A DNA stretch of 61,837 bases, the filler included, from Nemertoderma westbladi (taxonomy: Eukaryota; Animalia; Xenacoelomorpha), in assembly GCA_032718475.1 (NCBI GenBank). It is 3 parts of 3 records of this genome, joined end to end, with 100 filler letters (N's around TTAATTAATTAA, not from the genome) between each part and the next. Parts side by side here need not be neighbours in the genome. Positions count along the whole stretch, not along the records: positions 23,317 to 52,970 come from JAUCBJ010008973.1; 2 more parts are not named here. One strand, written 5' to 3'. A model generated the notes under the pieces. The model did no database searches and had not been told where the DNA came from. It saw only the letters and a program-made list of their open reading frames with translations. Positions 23,317-36,504 of this stretch are shown here, piece by piece; within the stretch, counting starts at the first letter, position 1; every line of letters begins with the position of its first letter. The translations under genes were made by a program, and so were the position numbers.

Positions 23317-26300
23317 GGATCTAAAGCCACGTGGAGTGGTAGGTAATATGTCCTGTCCGTATTTGGTTCGTCAACCGGTAGCTCCACGGCCCATCCCTTC
23401 TCAATGTACTTCTTGATGGTTCTATGGATGTACTCGTTTTTCTCGGGGCTCCGCTTCAGTGTCTGTTTCAACTTGCGAAGCCTCGTAAGCACCATCCCTT
23501 TATTATCGGGCAACGGTAGCTTCGGTAGCTTCCATACCATTCCTATGGTATACCGTCCCTCTTTGCACATCATGGACTCGTCTACGCTCTGTTGAGCCTG
23601 TTTGTCCTCCACCGAGGTCCCTACCCCGGTCTCTTTTAATCCCTCAAAATCTTGTTTGAGCAGTCTTTTAAGCTGCTCCTCTGCTCTCTCATCACCTATT
23701 TCCTGCATAGTTCCTGCGAACATGCATCCTGATGTCTCCGACATCCTAAATGGTATCTTACTCTTGATTGGGCCACTCAGTGTCCACCCGAATGGCGTCA
23801 ATATCGCCACTGGGTCACTCTCCCTGTCTTCGCCGAAGACCGTTTGCATCCTCTCGTGGGCCGTCGGGCAGTCCATGCCTACTATGATGGATACTTTCCT
23901 GACGTCCACCTCCGGGATTGAGAAGTCAATATTATCCAGGAACTTATATTGCTCGACCTCGATGTTAGTTGGTCGCCTGGCATTGATATTGATTGACTCT
24001 ATCACTTGGATGGGGTCGATAGTTGCCCCGTAGTTACATCCCGGTGCGACTGCTGCAATCGCGCACCGTCCGGTTCTCATCTCCAGGACCTCGTCTTTGC
24101 TCGAGATGGTTGTTACTGCCATTCTACTTGCCCTCGTCCTCAATCCTATTTCTTCGGCCACCCAATCCTCAATTAAAGTGAAGGCAGCTCCGCTATCGAC
24201 CAGCATCAGAGTGGTTACTGATCGATTGCCTTCCCCAATCACTCGCACCGGTACTACCCCAAGTAGCACCGTTCCTCTCTTCTTCGCCCCTACTGTGCTC
24301 GTCGCCATTGTTTGGCCTTTATTTCGACGGTACTTGACCGGCGTCTCCTCGCATTGCCTTGCTCGATGTCCACCCATCACACATCGCGAGCAGATCTCAT
24401 TTTTGTCCGCGTATACTACCTGATCCTCTCTGGGTAATGCTTGCCAGTAGCTGCAGTTCATGGTTAGATGTTTTGCATTTGTATGTAGCTGGCATTTAGC
24501 CTCTGGGTCGTAGCCGTCCTTGTACAGTGCATCGCGTATCGCAACTGCATTTGTACTAAAGTCCCTACTGTTTTTATAGTTTGTGCTCGGCCTACTGGAT
24601 GTATTGGGGTTATGTTTGTTCGTGTTGTTGGTTTTCCCCTGTCCGGCCTTACTCTCTGCTAACTGTGGACTCGCAGTCCCCTGCGTCGCTGCGTATGGCA
24701 GTGATTGTCTGAGCTTTGGTAATGAATTCGACGTATTGTGCTCCGGTTTCGGTCGATGGTAGTCCGTCTTCGGTCCCTTTCCCAGACTGTCTTCGCTATA
24801 GACTGGGTCGGTTATTAGTTCTGCTTCGTAGCTTAGGAAGCTAGACATTTCCTCTAGACCCGGTTCCGCACCCTTTTTGTCTCTAGTGGAGAAAGCGACT
24901 CTTCTCCACTTGTTACGCAGCCATATCGGCAGTGCCTGCGCTATCGTGGTGATGTTGTTGGAGGCGTTGAGCTCATATGGTGCGTCCAACGTCTTTAACA
25001 CGATCAGCGCCTTTTCAACTTTGTTAGCAAACGTCTTAATGCTAACGGGATTATCCTGTAGGCCACCCGTTGTTATGCCTCTCAGGGTTTGCCTGATGAT
25101 CTTGGCTGGGTGCCCGTATTCCCTGTCCAGTGCCCGCCATGCTGTCGTGAAGCCCCCTTCTATACCCTGGTATTGCCTCACGATGTCGTATGCTGGGCCT
25201 CCCGTGTATACTTGCAGATACTTTAGGCACTCCGCCTGCGTCAAATTTTTTGTTAGTATCTCGTTGCTATACATGCGCCGAAACTGAAGATATTCTTCCG
25301 GCCTACTCCCATCGAATTTGAATGGTTCCACGGGTGGTAACTCGATCCTTGTTTTTAACGCATCGATTAACGTGGCCATCCCCACTGCTTGCGCCTCTAA
25401 TGGGTTCGATGGATGTTGCATGGTTTCCCTTGCTTGGTGCGGTCCACCCGTTCTATTCTCTGCTCTCCTCTGACTTGGGTATATCATTGGGGGTAGCGGC
25501 CCCCTCCATATTTCTGTGTCACACGATTTGTTTTCGTCCAAGGGATTCGTTCTCGCTTCTATCGGGGTATATTGTTGATATTGCGATGGGGGAATGTCAC
25601 CCTGTCCCCCCCCCACCAATATGTTTGGTACTGGGGTTGATGTTAATATATTGGGGCCCATGCATTTATCCGCAATAATTCCCCCCTCCCCTGGGTATAT
25701 GTTATAACCTTTGGTGCTGTAGTCATACTGCTGCACTGGTACCGGTATAGGCCTATCAGCTTCTGGCCTACCTACCGGAATGTATTCCGCGACTTCCGGG
25801 TCTAATCCCGTTGTCCGCGCTATCCTATCGCCTACGGTGCTCCTGTCAGCATGGCCTACGGTATGTGCAGTAAGGCCTACAGTATGTCCTACAGTCTGTA
25901 TGTGCTCGGAATCGAAGTTTATTCTTCTCGAATAGTCCTCCCCGCGGCTACCGTATTCTCGATCGGTAGGTACATCCCGACGGAAAGTTTCCCTTCGACC
26001 CCCTCTGCTGCTCTCTTCTTCGCGTCGGTACGTCACGTACCTCTCTCTCGGCGCGTAGTGCGCCTCGTCGGGTCGCGTCTCTCCGGGACGACGGCAATCT
26101 CCCGTAGTTCGACCCCACCGACTCTCTTCTTCCATCTCAATCACCGACGGCTCACTATCCGTCCTCACTCTTCTATCGTTCGCGGCGATGCTTCTCCTAT
26201 CATCTTCTCCTCTTCTTCCCTCAGTGTAGTATTCCCGCTCGTGAGATCTCTCGTTGACCTCCCGGTTAAACTCCACTGTTCTTCTTCTCTCTTCTGATCG

Positions 26301-29022
26301 GGCTTGACACTCCGTCCGCCCTCTCGCGGCGTCAACCTGCATCTCTCTGCTCGATCGCCCGCCGCTGGGGACACTCGCGGTCCCCCTATTACTTTCCGTC
26401 GCCGTGTGTTGCGGTTTACCTACTTCGGCCCGCGCATTATCCGCCGACGCCTGTGGGACACTCTCTGCCCCCCCCCCTCTCGTCACTAACTTCTCGCGGT
26501 GGGGTGCTCGTAGCCCCCCCCCACCCGCCACTTCTAACTTCGGTACCTCTTACTACACTCCTGTACCCTTCTTGTGGGGCGCTCTCCGCCCCCCCCTTCT
26601 CGCCGCTAATCTCACGTGGTGGGGCGCTCGGAGCCCCCCCCCACTCGCCACATCTAACTTCACTATTTCCTACCTCGTCTCTACACTTTTCTCCCGTCGA
26701 CACAACATTTACATTGGGGCTGGGTCCGCTTACCCCCGCCCCTCTCTCCACTACTACCTGGCCTACCAGGCCTACTTCGGGTTGTCTCAACCCCGCCGAT
26801 TCCGGCCTACTAACTACGAGGCCTACCAGGCCTACCTCGGGTTGGCCCAACCCCGCTACTTCCGCCCTACTGACTACGTGGCCTACCAGGCCCACCTCGG
26901 GTTGGCTCAACCCCGCCGTCTCCGGTCTACCCACTGCGTGGCCTACCAGGCTCGCCCCGGGTTGACTCAACCCCGCCGTCTCCGGCCTACTTACTACGTG
27001 GCCTACCAGGCCCTCACCCGCCGGGCTATGTGCGTTGGACACGTCTACATTAATAATACCACTGTGATTATCCTGCGCACCAAAGCTAGAAACAATATGT
27101 TGCGTTATAACAGTATTCGGATTATTTTGTAAAATCGAATTCGGGTTATTATTTAAATTATTTGGATCATTTTGTGAAATCGAATTCGGATTATTACTTA
27201 AATTATTTGGACTATTCTGTATAACTACATCACTAGAATTACTCTGTACGTCAATATTAGAATCGTTCTGATTTAAAATAATATTATTACTATTAGGTAA
27301 CGTATTTCCTGCAATAAAAATTTGGTTAGAGTCGTCCAATACAGTATTATTAATATTAGCGTTATCTACTGTATTAGTGTTATTACCCCCCCCGCTCGTA
27401 CGATCACACCAGTTTCGTGTCCGTAGTGTGGTCCCTGTCAGTGGAGTATTAATAAACGTATCCACGACCCCCGGCTCCTCTGAAATGTTCGAGCCTGCCC
27501 CTCTCTCAGACACTCCTGCCCGCGCCCGTTCCACCTCGCGCGCGTGTACAGCCGTATACTCTACGAATTTGTCTCGCTGTTTCTCTAACTCTATTCGGCC
27601 ACTCTCCACTCTTGTTACTTTCTCCTTTGACTCTCGTTTTTCCTGCTCGATCAATTCCAGCTCTCTCCTAATCCCCTCTCTTCTTCTCGCCTTACGCTCT
27701 TTGCGTTCACTTTCCTCTCTCGCCTCACGTTTCTCGCGTTCACTTTCCTCTCTCGCCTCTCGTTTCTCGCGTTCCGCCTCGCGTTTCTCCTCGCGTTCCC
27801 TTCGTTCCCTTCTCTCTCTCGCCTCGCGTTCCTCGCGTTCTCTCTCGCGTTCCGCCTCGCGTTTCTCGCGTTCTGCTTCGCGTTTCTCGCGTTCTGCCTC
27901 GCGTTCTCTCTCGCGTTCCCTCTCTTCCCTCAACTCTATCTCCTCACACTCCCTAAGGTTCCTCGCGGCCCTTTCGCCCCTCTCCCTCAACTCTTTAATC
28001 GACACCGTTTCCCTCTCTAGCATCACTCTCCCCTCCTCTAGCCGTCTACCTAGTTCTCTATTCGCCTCTACCACTACATTGAAACGGTGTCTAGCCTCTA
28101 TCTCTCTCACCCGTCTTTCTTTTTCGGAGGATGTAACAGACTTATCGGTTGCGACGGATTCCCTCCGCCTTCCCGACCCGCTGGCTCTCCCCCCCTTTCC
28201 GGAACTCCCTCCGACCGACGAGACCGAACCCGCGGGGTCAACCTCGGGTTCGCCCTCCTCTGGTCTGTTCCAACCTACTGTCTTTATACCCCGGGCATCG
28301 ATTAAGTATGGCCCTAAGTACACTACCCTAGGTTCTATACTCCCATACCGCCATGAGTCATACAGTTCCTCGGCGACCCAAGTCGCTCTCTCCTCGGCCA
28401 ATCCTCTCTGCCCGAAGCGCACTAGATAATATAAATGTCTATTCGACTCACCTAGTCCTAGGTTCAGTTTTACCTCGTCTATCCTCTTCCCTTCTCTGGC
28501 CTCCTTTATCAGTCTCCGGGTCGCGTTGTAGGCCCGTCGAAGTCGCTCGGAAACCCCGACGTCCTCGTCGCCGACCCCTCGTCCGTCTCTCCGGGTTCGA
28601 CGTCGTACCGGCGGCCCCACCGTCGCCGTTCCGGTGGGCCGTGCGTCGCCCTCGGCCTGCGGTTGGCCGGCGACATCGGTGTCGACATCCCCGTCGTCTC
28701 TCCGGGTCCGGCGTCGTACCGTCGGCCCCACCGTCGCCGTCTCGGTGGGCCGTTCGTCGCCCTCGGCCTGTGGCTGGCCCGCGACGTCGGTATCGACATC
28801 CCCGCTGTGTGTCGACTCGTCTCTCTCTTCCTCGAGCCCGATCTCTCTATCCTCCGGCTCGATCTCTGGTTCCAGGCGGTCCCCCTCTACTCGAATCCCC
28901 GGTTCGCCCGGTACGGATGGCTCCGGTGTCGTGGGCGTATATCGCCTGGTCGCGGCCTCGCGGATCGTTAGATCGTCGTCGTCCGGGGTCCGCGTGGGTG
29001 TCACTTCACCCGACTCGCTCAT
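23317..29022 (-). CDS. BEL gag-pol polyprotein, split into two ORFs by one extra base in a C10 run (26468-26477)
   Basis: ATG at 29022; the sister repeat unit reads EKGGAESAPQ, and deleting one base gives ERGGAESVPQ, which fuses the two ORFs. Confidence 0.75.
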
Positions 29023-29127
29023 CTTTTGTCTGTTGGTGGCTGGTGGTATCTGAGTCTATTAGGCTAGGGCAGCAGTTGTTATTTAGTTACTGTGACGGGA
29101 TCATCCGGAGATGAACCCGATTTATCC

Positions 29128-29628
29128 TGTTTTAGTTCACGCGTCCCCGCCGTGTGAAAGAGTGTAAGTTGAGGTTACTGTTGTTCGTTATATTGTGATC
29201 TTGAGACGTGATATAGATATAGATATAGATTGATGTTATACACTGACGTTCACAGGTTGACGGGATGACGGTAACTAAAATCCCGGTACTTCCCTAATTG
29301 TAACTTACTGTACCACCAGTAACACTGAGATAACTGAGGTAATATGATTACTGCTTACTGGTTATATCGCACGGTGGCCTTATTGCTACTCAATCGGTGC
29401 CAGCCCCCCTCTGATTGGTTGCTACCCTTGTTGGCGCCCTTTGAGGTGTTCCCGTTCACCCCAGCTATTCTCTCCCTTGTCAGGATACTAACCCCTGACC
29501 CTTATTGTGTGCTTCTCCTTCCCATTCTGTTGGGGAGACACGAGTTGGTTTGGGACCTAATCTCGTGTCCCCCAATATTGCTTATTGGCTTAACTTTGTG
29601 GAGTATTGGCGGGATTGATTCGCTAACA
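29128..29628 (-). repeat. Candidate 5' LTR of the BEL element
   Basis: TGTT...AACA ends upstream of the ATG; the second LTR is not in view and no clear primer-binding site was seen, so the inner boundary is a guess. Confidence 0.35.
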
Positions 29629-29818
29629 CATTCCACCAATAACTTCCTGAGATATTACCAAAATTCAACGGTATACATTCCACCAATAACTTCCTGATAT
29701 ATTACCAAAATTCAACGGTATACATTCCACCAATAACTTCCTGAGATATTACCAAAATTCAACGGTATACATTCCACCAATAACTTCCTGAGATATTACC
29801 AAAATTCAACGGTATACA
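29629..29818. repeat. 47-bp tandem repeat, 4 copies
   Basis: Unit CATTCCACCAATAACTTCCTGAGATATTACCAAAATTCAACGGTATA. Confidence 0.95.
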
Positions 29819-32419
29819 TACGATATAATTCTAATGTTTTTTTTTTACTACTCTAGAATATCAATTACGCGTAATGATAAAACAAGATGGGGAGTTTTAA
29901 AAGCTCAACTAAATAGTAATTAATATTCTAGAATAAAGACAAAAACATTAGAATTCTCAAAATAAACACCTTAGAATTTTAATAATATCTTCGAGAATTT
30001 TTGTTCAAATTAAAACGGTTTTCAGATTCAGAATATGGAGATGAAGCCCAGTTCTAATGATATCTAGATTACACTCACTCCAAAGGCGGGAAATAAAGCC
30101 GACGGATATGATTAAATATTGCGAAATAGCACAGAAATTCAGAAATCCGGCTCCGCCAGCAGTAAGATAAGTTGTCGAACTATCAGTATACCAAATTTCC
30201 TAGCATTTGAGTGAAATTTGTAAACATTAGGGGGGGGGGGGGGGTGGGGGTCCGATAAAAAAAGGTTGTTGTATGAAGTGTGATGGTGTAAACAAAAAAT
30301 TCATATTCGTATGTATACATTGGGTTTGTATAATAAACCATTATAATATGAGAGTGACTGGACGATGGTTAGCTGGTTGTATGTAAAACAGATATCTCTA
30401 TTTATTGAGTTCAGTTAATATCAAAGACAAACAAAGTTATATTACTTTAATATAATTCAAATTCCAATTTAAAGTAAAGTAACTTACCGTACCGGTATTA
30501 ACCCCACTGTGACAGATAGGTCGAATTTTTAACAGTAAATCAGATTCTAAAACTTTAACATTTTCTACGAAATAATTTGTTCAAAATGATGTTTGAGATA
30601 TGTATTTGTTCAGGAAGTCGCCACTTGGTGGTGTATATGACTATGTCGTTTAGTAACCCTATTATATGGGTTTGTCTAGGGGGGGTATTGGTTGCCTGTG
30701 TGTTACTGGCTATGGAACGCCCAGCTAGATCCTCACATATTTCCCTACTTGCTCCACTTCCTGGGAAGCTGTGAGCCAAGGAAAGGTTGCCTGGTGCAGC
30801 TCTCGGCTGGCATTGGAATTCCCAATAACTGCTCAAACTCAATTTTATATCACTAGAGTTATCAATCAGTCCGTAACTCTGTTACTGCTATTCAGCTATT
30901 GAATATAAATCATTTCAGTATAGATTTATGTAAATAGTTTACCCTGTTATATTATTATCAATTTACCGCCTTTCTTATGGCTTTTCTAACTAAGACTGAC
31001 TGTTAGGGACAGGACAGGTATAATTAATTAATTTATGGTATAATGTCGTTCAGCATTAGCATTAGCATTCCTGCTTAACACAAAATACCCAGTGCGATGT
31101 TAATTTCCTTTTAATCATGAATGAGGCTTATCGTTAATGAGTCGGTATTTTGCGTGGAAAGTCCACATTTTTATTCCACATTACTGTTAGAGTAAAAGTA
31201 TATCAAAAAGTATATAAAAATTAATTATGCCAATTTTTTTCCTTTAGCAATATGGATTTTACATAGTTCACCCCAACAAGGTAAATATTGGTGGGATTTT
31301 CCGCAAATTTGGTGTAGAGACTGAAGTTTTATCAGTTTATCATTTTCTCTGGTACAATATTAGGAATATTACTGTATAAAGGCAGTTTGTCCTAACACTG
31401 TAACAAAACAAGGGGTTGTAACCAGCCCGTCAGATTTGTCGACGCCAAAAATCCTTGTTCCCAAAAATTTTACCTGCTATATCATTAACTATTGTTGTTT
31501 TTATACTTACTTAGCCTACAAAGCAATTCAAAAACAGTATCAAAGAATATTTTCACATACAAAGTACTGTATTTGGAAATTCAACTGTGAACTTAAACTG
31601 TTTATGCAAAGTAAACCCACGTCCCAAATTTCAAAACATCCGTGAAGAATAACTACTGTAGTTGTAACTATTGTAGTACATCGCGTAGGTTTATTGTAGT
31701 AAATTTAGTTACAATAATTACTGCCGCTGAGATACATCACAGCAGATATACAGTACTGCAGTACAGCAGTAGGTAGGTTAGGCGTTAGAAAATCAAGTGT
31801 TGGGAAAACAGATGAAAGGAAGCAACCAAAATAATAAACTAAAGTTAGTTAGCACGTGTCGCAAAATTATACTGAGTAGCAAGTGTTGAAATCAGTAAAA
31901 ATACTACCTGAGTAGTATCAGGACTCTTTTAGCTGAAAATTGTAAAGCTTAATTAAATTTAATAATTCAGGGGGAATTATTATTTTGATTCTTTACTTGA
32001 TTTCTGGAACAAATTAAACTATAAAACTTGTTTTGATAAAATACTAACATATTAATAGTTTAAATTTATTTAGTAAATTAGTATAACAAGTTAAGTAAAG
32101 TTTACTTGCGAATTAAACTTAAATTATGAAATGCGTGTGTCTCATTTTATTAATTAATCTTTACATTTTGATTGTAAATCTTATTTATTCAATAAGATTG
32201 ATTACCTGAAAACTTACAATGATTGGTACTACAGTACTTGTATGTGCATCTGGACATGGATAAGTCACATGGGTCGATAGATAGCAATATTAACTCGTTG
32301 GGACATTGGCTCAATTGTACATGATGCCTTATTTGGTATAATTTTATTGTGTGATAATTGGAGTTTGAACAGATTGCTGGACACGACATCCCACACACAA
32401 TAAACTAGTCTAATACGAC

Positions 32420-33200
32420 ATTCCGTTCAGCCGTTATTCAGTTCCACAAATTCACTCATGTCAGCATGTCAACAGACGACACCAGTACAACTGACTACAC
32501 TAACAGACTAATGTGCGTGCATGTGTGTGTGCCAGTACAGCAGTACCGGTACATGCTCTTCCCATTTCTGTATTTGAAAGTCAGGAAGTGCAGAAGTGGG
32601 TGCGAGCGCGAGGTCTACTGCAGTACAGCAGTACCGGTACTGTCTATTTCCTCATTTCAGTAATCGACTATCAACTAACTGACTAGGCATTGCCAGACAT
32701 CCGGTTCGACTTGGTTTCCGCACCTTGACTACCGGACTACAGCATATTTAACTACTGAACTACCGGCAGACCGGTACAGTTCTGCAGTTGGACATTCTGA
32801 TACTGATAGTAGGCCTACCAGAATACAGGAATAGTGATCCATACTGCCATACCCCAGTACCCAGTGGCCTGTACCTGTGTACAGACCTATCTCCAAAAGC
32901 AGCAATACAGCAATAATATTTTACTTAGGTATACCATATACCGGTAAGTAACTGCCGGGCCGGTCACCGGTTGCCGGTAATTCATTCAATTTTAATTCAA
33001 GGTTTCAAGTACCCGTACTGCCGTACCTAATTACCGGGGTGTCGGTTACCAGGTTACTGCATTAGGCCTACTGCATTTAGGTTTAGATGCAAATTCCGTT
33101 TTCTTCGAAAAATATTTAGTTTAAATAATTATTTACAATCAACTCGTTTTGGCTTAGGCAAATCATTTAAAAATAATTTATCTATCGCTTCAAATCAAAC
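32420..33200 (+). promoter_or_regulatory. Probable promoter/5' UTR region of the kinase, saturated with micro-duplications; possible UTR intron
   Basis: Less AT-rich and CpG-containing; CAGGAAGTG ETS-like word at 32582; donor-like GGTAAGT at 32943; acceptor-like TTAG near 33157. Confidence 0.45.
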
Positions 33201-34361
33201 ATGTCTGATGATCAAATAGCCATTCCTGAATCCGGCCGAAAGCTGTTCGCCAGCCTCTCCAAGGATAAATTCCCTGACCTCTCGGGCCACAACAACTGGC
33301 TCTCTAAATGCCTTGTCGAGAACAACGACATCTACTTCAAACTTTTCGACAAGAAAACAAAAAATGGTTTTCCCTTCCTCGACGCCATAAAGACGGGTAT
33401 CCAGAACGCCGGACATCCGTTTATAATGACGGTGGGCTGCGTTGCGGGCGACGAGGAGAGCTACACCGAGTTCGCGGATCTCTTCGATCCCGTAATCGAT
33501 AAACGCCACGGCGGATACAGCAAGGACCGCAAACACGTGACGGACCTCGACTACACGAAGCTCAAGGGGGGCGACCTGGACCCCAAGTACGTGCTATCGT
33601 CCCGTGTACGCACAGGACGCAGCATCCGGGGCCTGGCGCTGCCGCCGTTTACCAACAAGGAGGACCGCAAGAAAGTCGAGAAGATAGTAGTCGACGCTTT
33701 GGCGTCTCTAGACGGGGAATTCAAAGGGAAGTATTACTCGTTGGAGACGATGAGTGAAGCTGATCAGGATAAACTCATCGACGATCACTTCCTCTTCGAT
33801 AAGCCGGTTTCTCCGCTGCTTCTCAGCTCCAACATGGAGCGGGATTGGCCGTCGGCTCGGGGGATCTGGCATAACGACGAGAAGTCCTTCCTAGTGTGGG
33901 TCAACGAGGAGGATCACACCCGGGTTATATCCATGCAGAAGGACGGGAACATGAAGGAAGTCTTCCGGAGGTTCTGCGAAGGTCTCCAGAAGGTAGAGGC
34001 GGCCGTGAAGAAGGCCGGATCCGGGTTCATGTGGAACGAGCATCTGGGCTACGTGCTCACGTGTCCCAGCAACCTCGGGACCGGACTGCGAGGCGGAGTC
34101 CACGTAAAGATCCCGCACGTCTCAGCCCACGCCGAGTTCGAGAACGTGCTGACCCGTCTCCGTCTACAGAAGCGCGGCACCGGAGGGGTGGACACCAAGG
34201 CGGAGGGCGGGATATTCGATATCTCCAACTCGGATCGGCTGGGATTCTCCGAGGTTCAGCTTGTTCAGTTCGTCGTCGACGGGGTCAACCTCCTCGTCGA
34301 CATGGAGAAACGTCTGGAGGCCGGTAAGGATATCGCCGATCTGATACCCGCACAGAAGTAG
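33201..34361 (+). CDS. CK: Creatine kinase (cytoplasmic-type phosphagen kinase), 386 aa, intronless coding region
   Basis: [18 protein letters not shown] specificity loop, [36 protein letters not shown] and RGTGGVDT; no mitochondrial presequence; single domain. Confidence 0.93.
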   Translation: MSDDQIAIPESGRKLFASLSKDKFPDLSGHNNWLSKCLVENNDIYFKLFDKKTKNGFPFLDAIKTGIQNAGHPFIMTVGCVAGDEESYTEFADLFDPVIDKRHGGYSKDRKHVTDLDYTKLKGGDLDPKYVLSSRVRTGRSIRGLALPPFTNKEDRKKVEKIVVDALASLDGEFKGKYYSLETMSEADQDKLIDDHFLFDKPVSPLLLSSNMERDWPSARGIWHNDEKSFLVWVNEEDHTRVISMQKDGNMKEVFRRFCEGLQKVEAAVKKAGSGFMWNEHLGYVLTCPSNLGTGLRGGVHVKIPHVSAHAEFENVLTRLRLQKRGTGGVDTKAEGGIFDISNSDRLGFSEVQLVQFVVDGVNLLVDMEKRLEAGKDIADLIPAQK

Positions 34362-35009
34362 TTGAATTGCTACAGAAACTCTTAACTTTAGTTTATCGGA
34401 AATTCAATAGGTTCTTTTTGTTGTATCAGGTTTTTAGGTTGAATTTATTGATTCTATTAGACTCATTGTTTTAGCGACTAAACATCTCACCAAGTCTATC
34501 TCAATTCATCATCACTAAATAATTATTAACTAAAATGATTCTCTCTATACCAAAATGTTTACTTACACTAACTAAGGATTAATTTATCAGTGTGTGTTAC
34601 AATTAGTTTAATCATTGACACTGCGTGCTTATATGTGCTGTTAGTTAACAAGGATAATAATTATGTCATTAACACTCTAAACGCATCGATAACTCGTTAT
34701 TAGTTTATTATTCAGTTATATTATTATATATTATGATTTGCGGAATTGGCATTCAGAATTACATTTATTCATATCGGGTTTGGGATGGATTGATTTATCC
34801 TCGGGGTTGGGCGAATTATTTACCGGGGAACTAAATTCAATCATAATCTTATTGACATTGAATCACCCCCCTCCATCGCACGGCTCAGCCCATGTTGCTA
34901 CAGGCCAGGCTTCTAAAAATGGCATTGGCAGAGGATTGGTTTAGCCAATGAGGTATATTAGTTGGGGATACTGATCCTACCTAAAACGGCGCGTTCGTAA
35001 TTTTATGTT

Positions 35010-35100
35010 CGTTGTGGGCAGTGTCTGACATGTTTCGGCGCAGGTTCAAATCCTAGTTAAGGCTAAATAAATTTCGCTTGGCAAAACACTTGAAGGCTAA
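35010..35100 (+). mobile_element. Possible SINE remnant
   Basis: B-box-like GGTTCAAATCC at 35043 followed by CTTGGCAAAACACTT, resembling CORE-SINE sequence. Confidence 0.3.
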
Positions 35101-35808
35101 TGCTTAGGCAAACCGAGCGGAACTATAACTATGGCAACTTACCATGACTACTGTGTATATGGTAGGTCATACAGTCTGTGTCGAGTAGATGCACAATATC
35201 CACTACTCACTACCCCCACCCCTCTACCTATACCAATGCATTAGCTGAATAATATAATATTTAGCTTTTACTGCTGCTTAAGTGAAGAGGAGTAACTAAA
35301 ATTTAATTTAGCGACTCCAAACGTTTGTAATTATTTTTTGACCCCCACGGCAATACAAAATACTGCACCTTATCGAACAATTTTTCAATCTGTGTTTTAT
35401 TCAGTGTATTTTTTTTTTATGAAGCGGTTCAAATCATTATGTATATCCAGTGCCATAAAGCAATGTTGGCTGAAATTGAGCTTCGGCCATTTTATACACA
35501 ATAATGCTCAAAAAGCGCCGTTTTGTGTTTTCAGTCAGAATTGTTTAAGAAATAGAAATAGATTCTGAGAAAAATGGGTTTAACGATGAAGGAAAAATAC
35601 AGATAATAGGATCTTTCATGTTTCGACAATAACTTTTAGCAATTTTATTCATATCTTTTTTACTTTGGGAGCCTTTCTGATTGGCCTTAAACAATTGAAA
35701 AATACTTGTAGATTTTAAATCTCCATTAATTTCGGCACAGGATATGATCATAAAAAAATTTAACATTTTCAAAATATCGAAGGTTGAAAAATATCGAGAG
35801 TAAAAATA

Positions 35809-35980
35809 TTATTAAGGTACAGATTAGCCAGTGAGTTTGTGAGTTAGTGCCCGATCACAAGAACAGTGATGGTTTCGTTAAGATGGCACAATAGATACCA
35901 TTATTATTAAGGTACAGATTAGCCAGTGAGTCTGTGAGTTAGTGCCCGATCACAAGAACAGTGATGGTTTCGTTAAGATG
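35809..35980. repeat. Direct repeat of about 78 bp, 2 copies
   Basis: TTATTAAGGTACAGATTAGCCAGTGAG...TTCGTTAAGATGG occurs twice. Confidence 0.9.
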
Positions 35981-36504
35981 GTTATTCTAAGGAATCAGCT
36001 CACCCTGATCAAATGTAAGGGGTACCTGACCTTCAACCTTGGGAGATAGTGTGGTGACAACCGTGCCTTATAGGTAACAACGGAGACTTCAGGTTACCTA
36101 CGTTGTATCGTGATTAGCACGTTCACCTATCCTATAATAACTATATCAATTACAGTATAAATTACATCATTAAAATTACTAATAACATTCTTTGTCGTTC
36201 ATTTAGGCCTTTGCAGTTCAGATTTAGCACGCCATCTACCGTTTAGTAAAGTAATTTAATTATTATAATAGAAGTTACTATTGTGTTTATTAGGTGGCGC
36301 TCCAGTAGTTGATTGGCGTCCGTGTTTCTGTGATGTATACTAGGGGGCCATAAACCCGGTTTATGTAAGTCAAATCAAATCATTGAGAAGCCTGTGTAGG
36401 AAAGTTATTGACGGCAATAAAACAGGTTGAACCTCAGTGGCGGTGGTTGGATTGTTGGGTAGAGCTGCCTTGCCTGTCTGGGAAGTACGACTGGGTGATA
36501 TAGC

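Larger units (their letters stand above)
23317..29628 (-). mobile_element. BEL/Pao LTR retrotransposon, 5' part (truncated by the gap at the start of RT)
   Basis: BEL-type Gag (PFKFDGSRPEEYLQF, AWRALDREYG), Cys/His knuckles CQLH..H...C and CSRC...HRARQC, protease LVDSGA, TPFGW, YYLPLH. The outer end TGTTAG at 29628 abuts a 47-bp tandem array. Confidence 0.9.

Noticed and set aside
23404-29114. Many plus-strand ORFs
   Set aside because: Antisense shadows of the GC-rich BEL polyprotein.
33201-34361. Arginine kinase assignment
   Set aside because: The long GHPFIMTVG loop, RHGGY and GGVDT are creatine-kinase-type residues.
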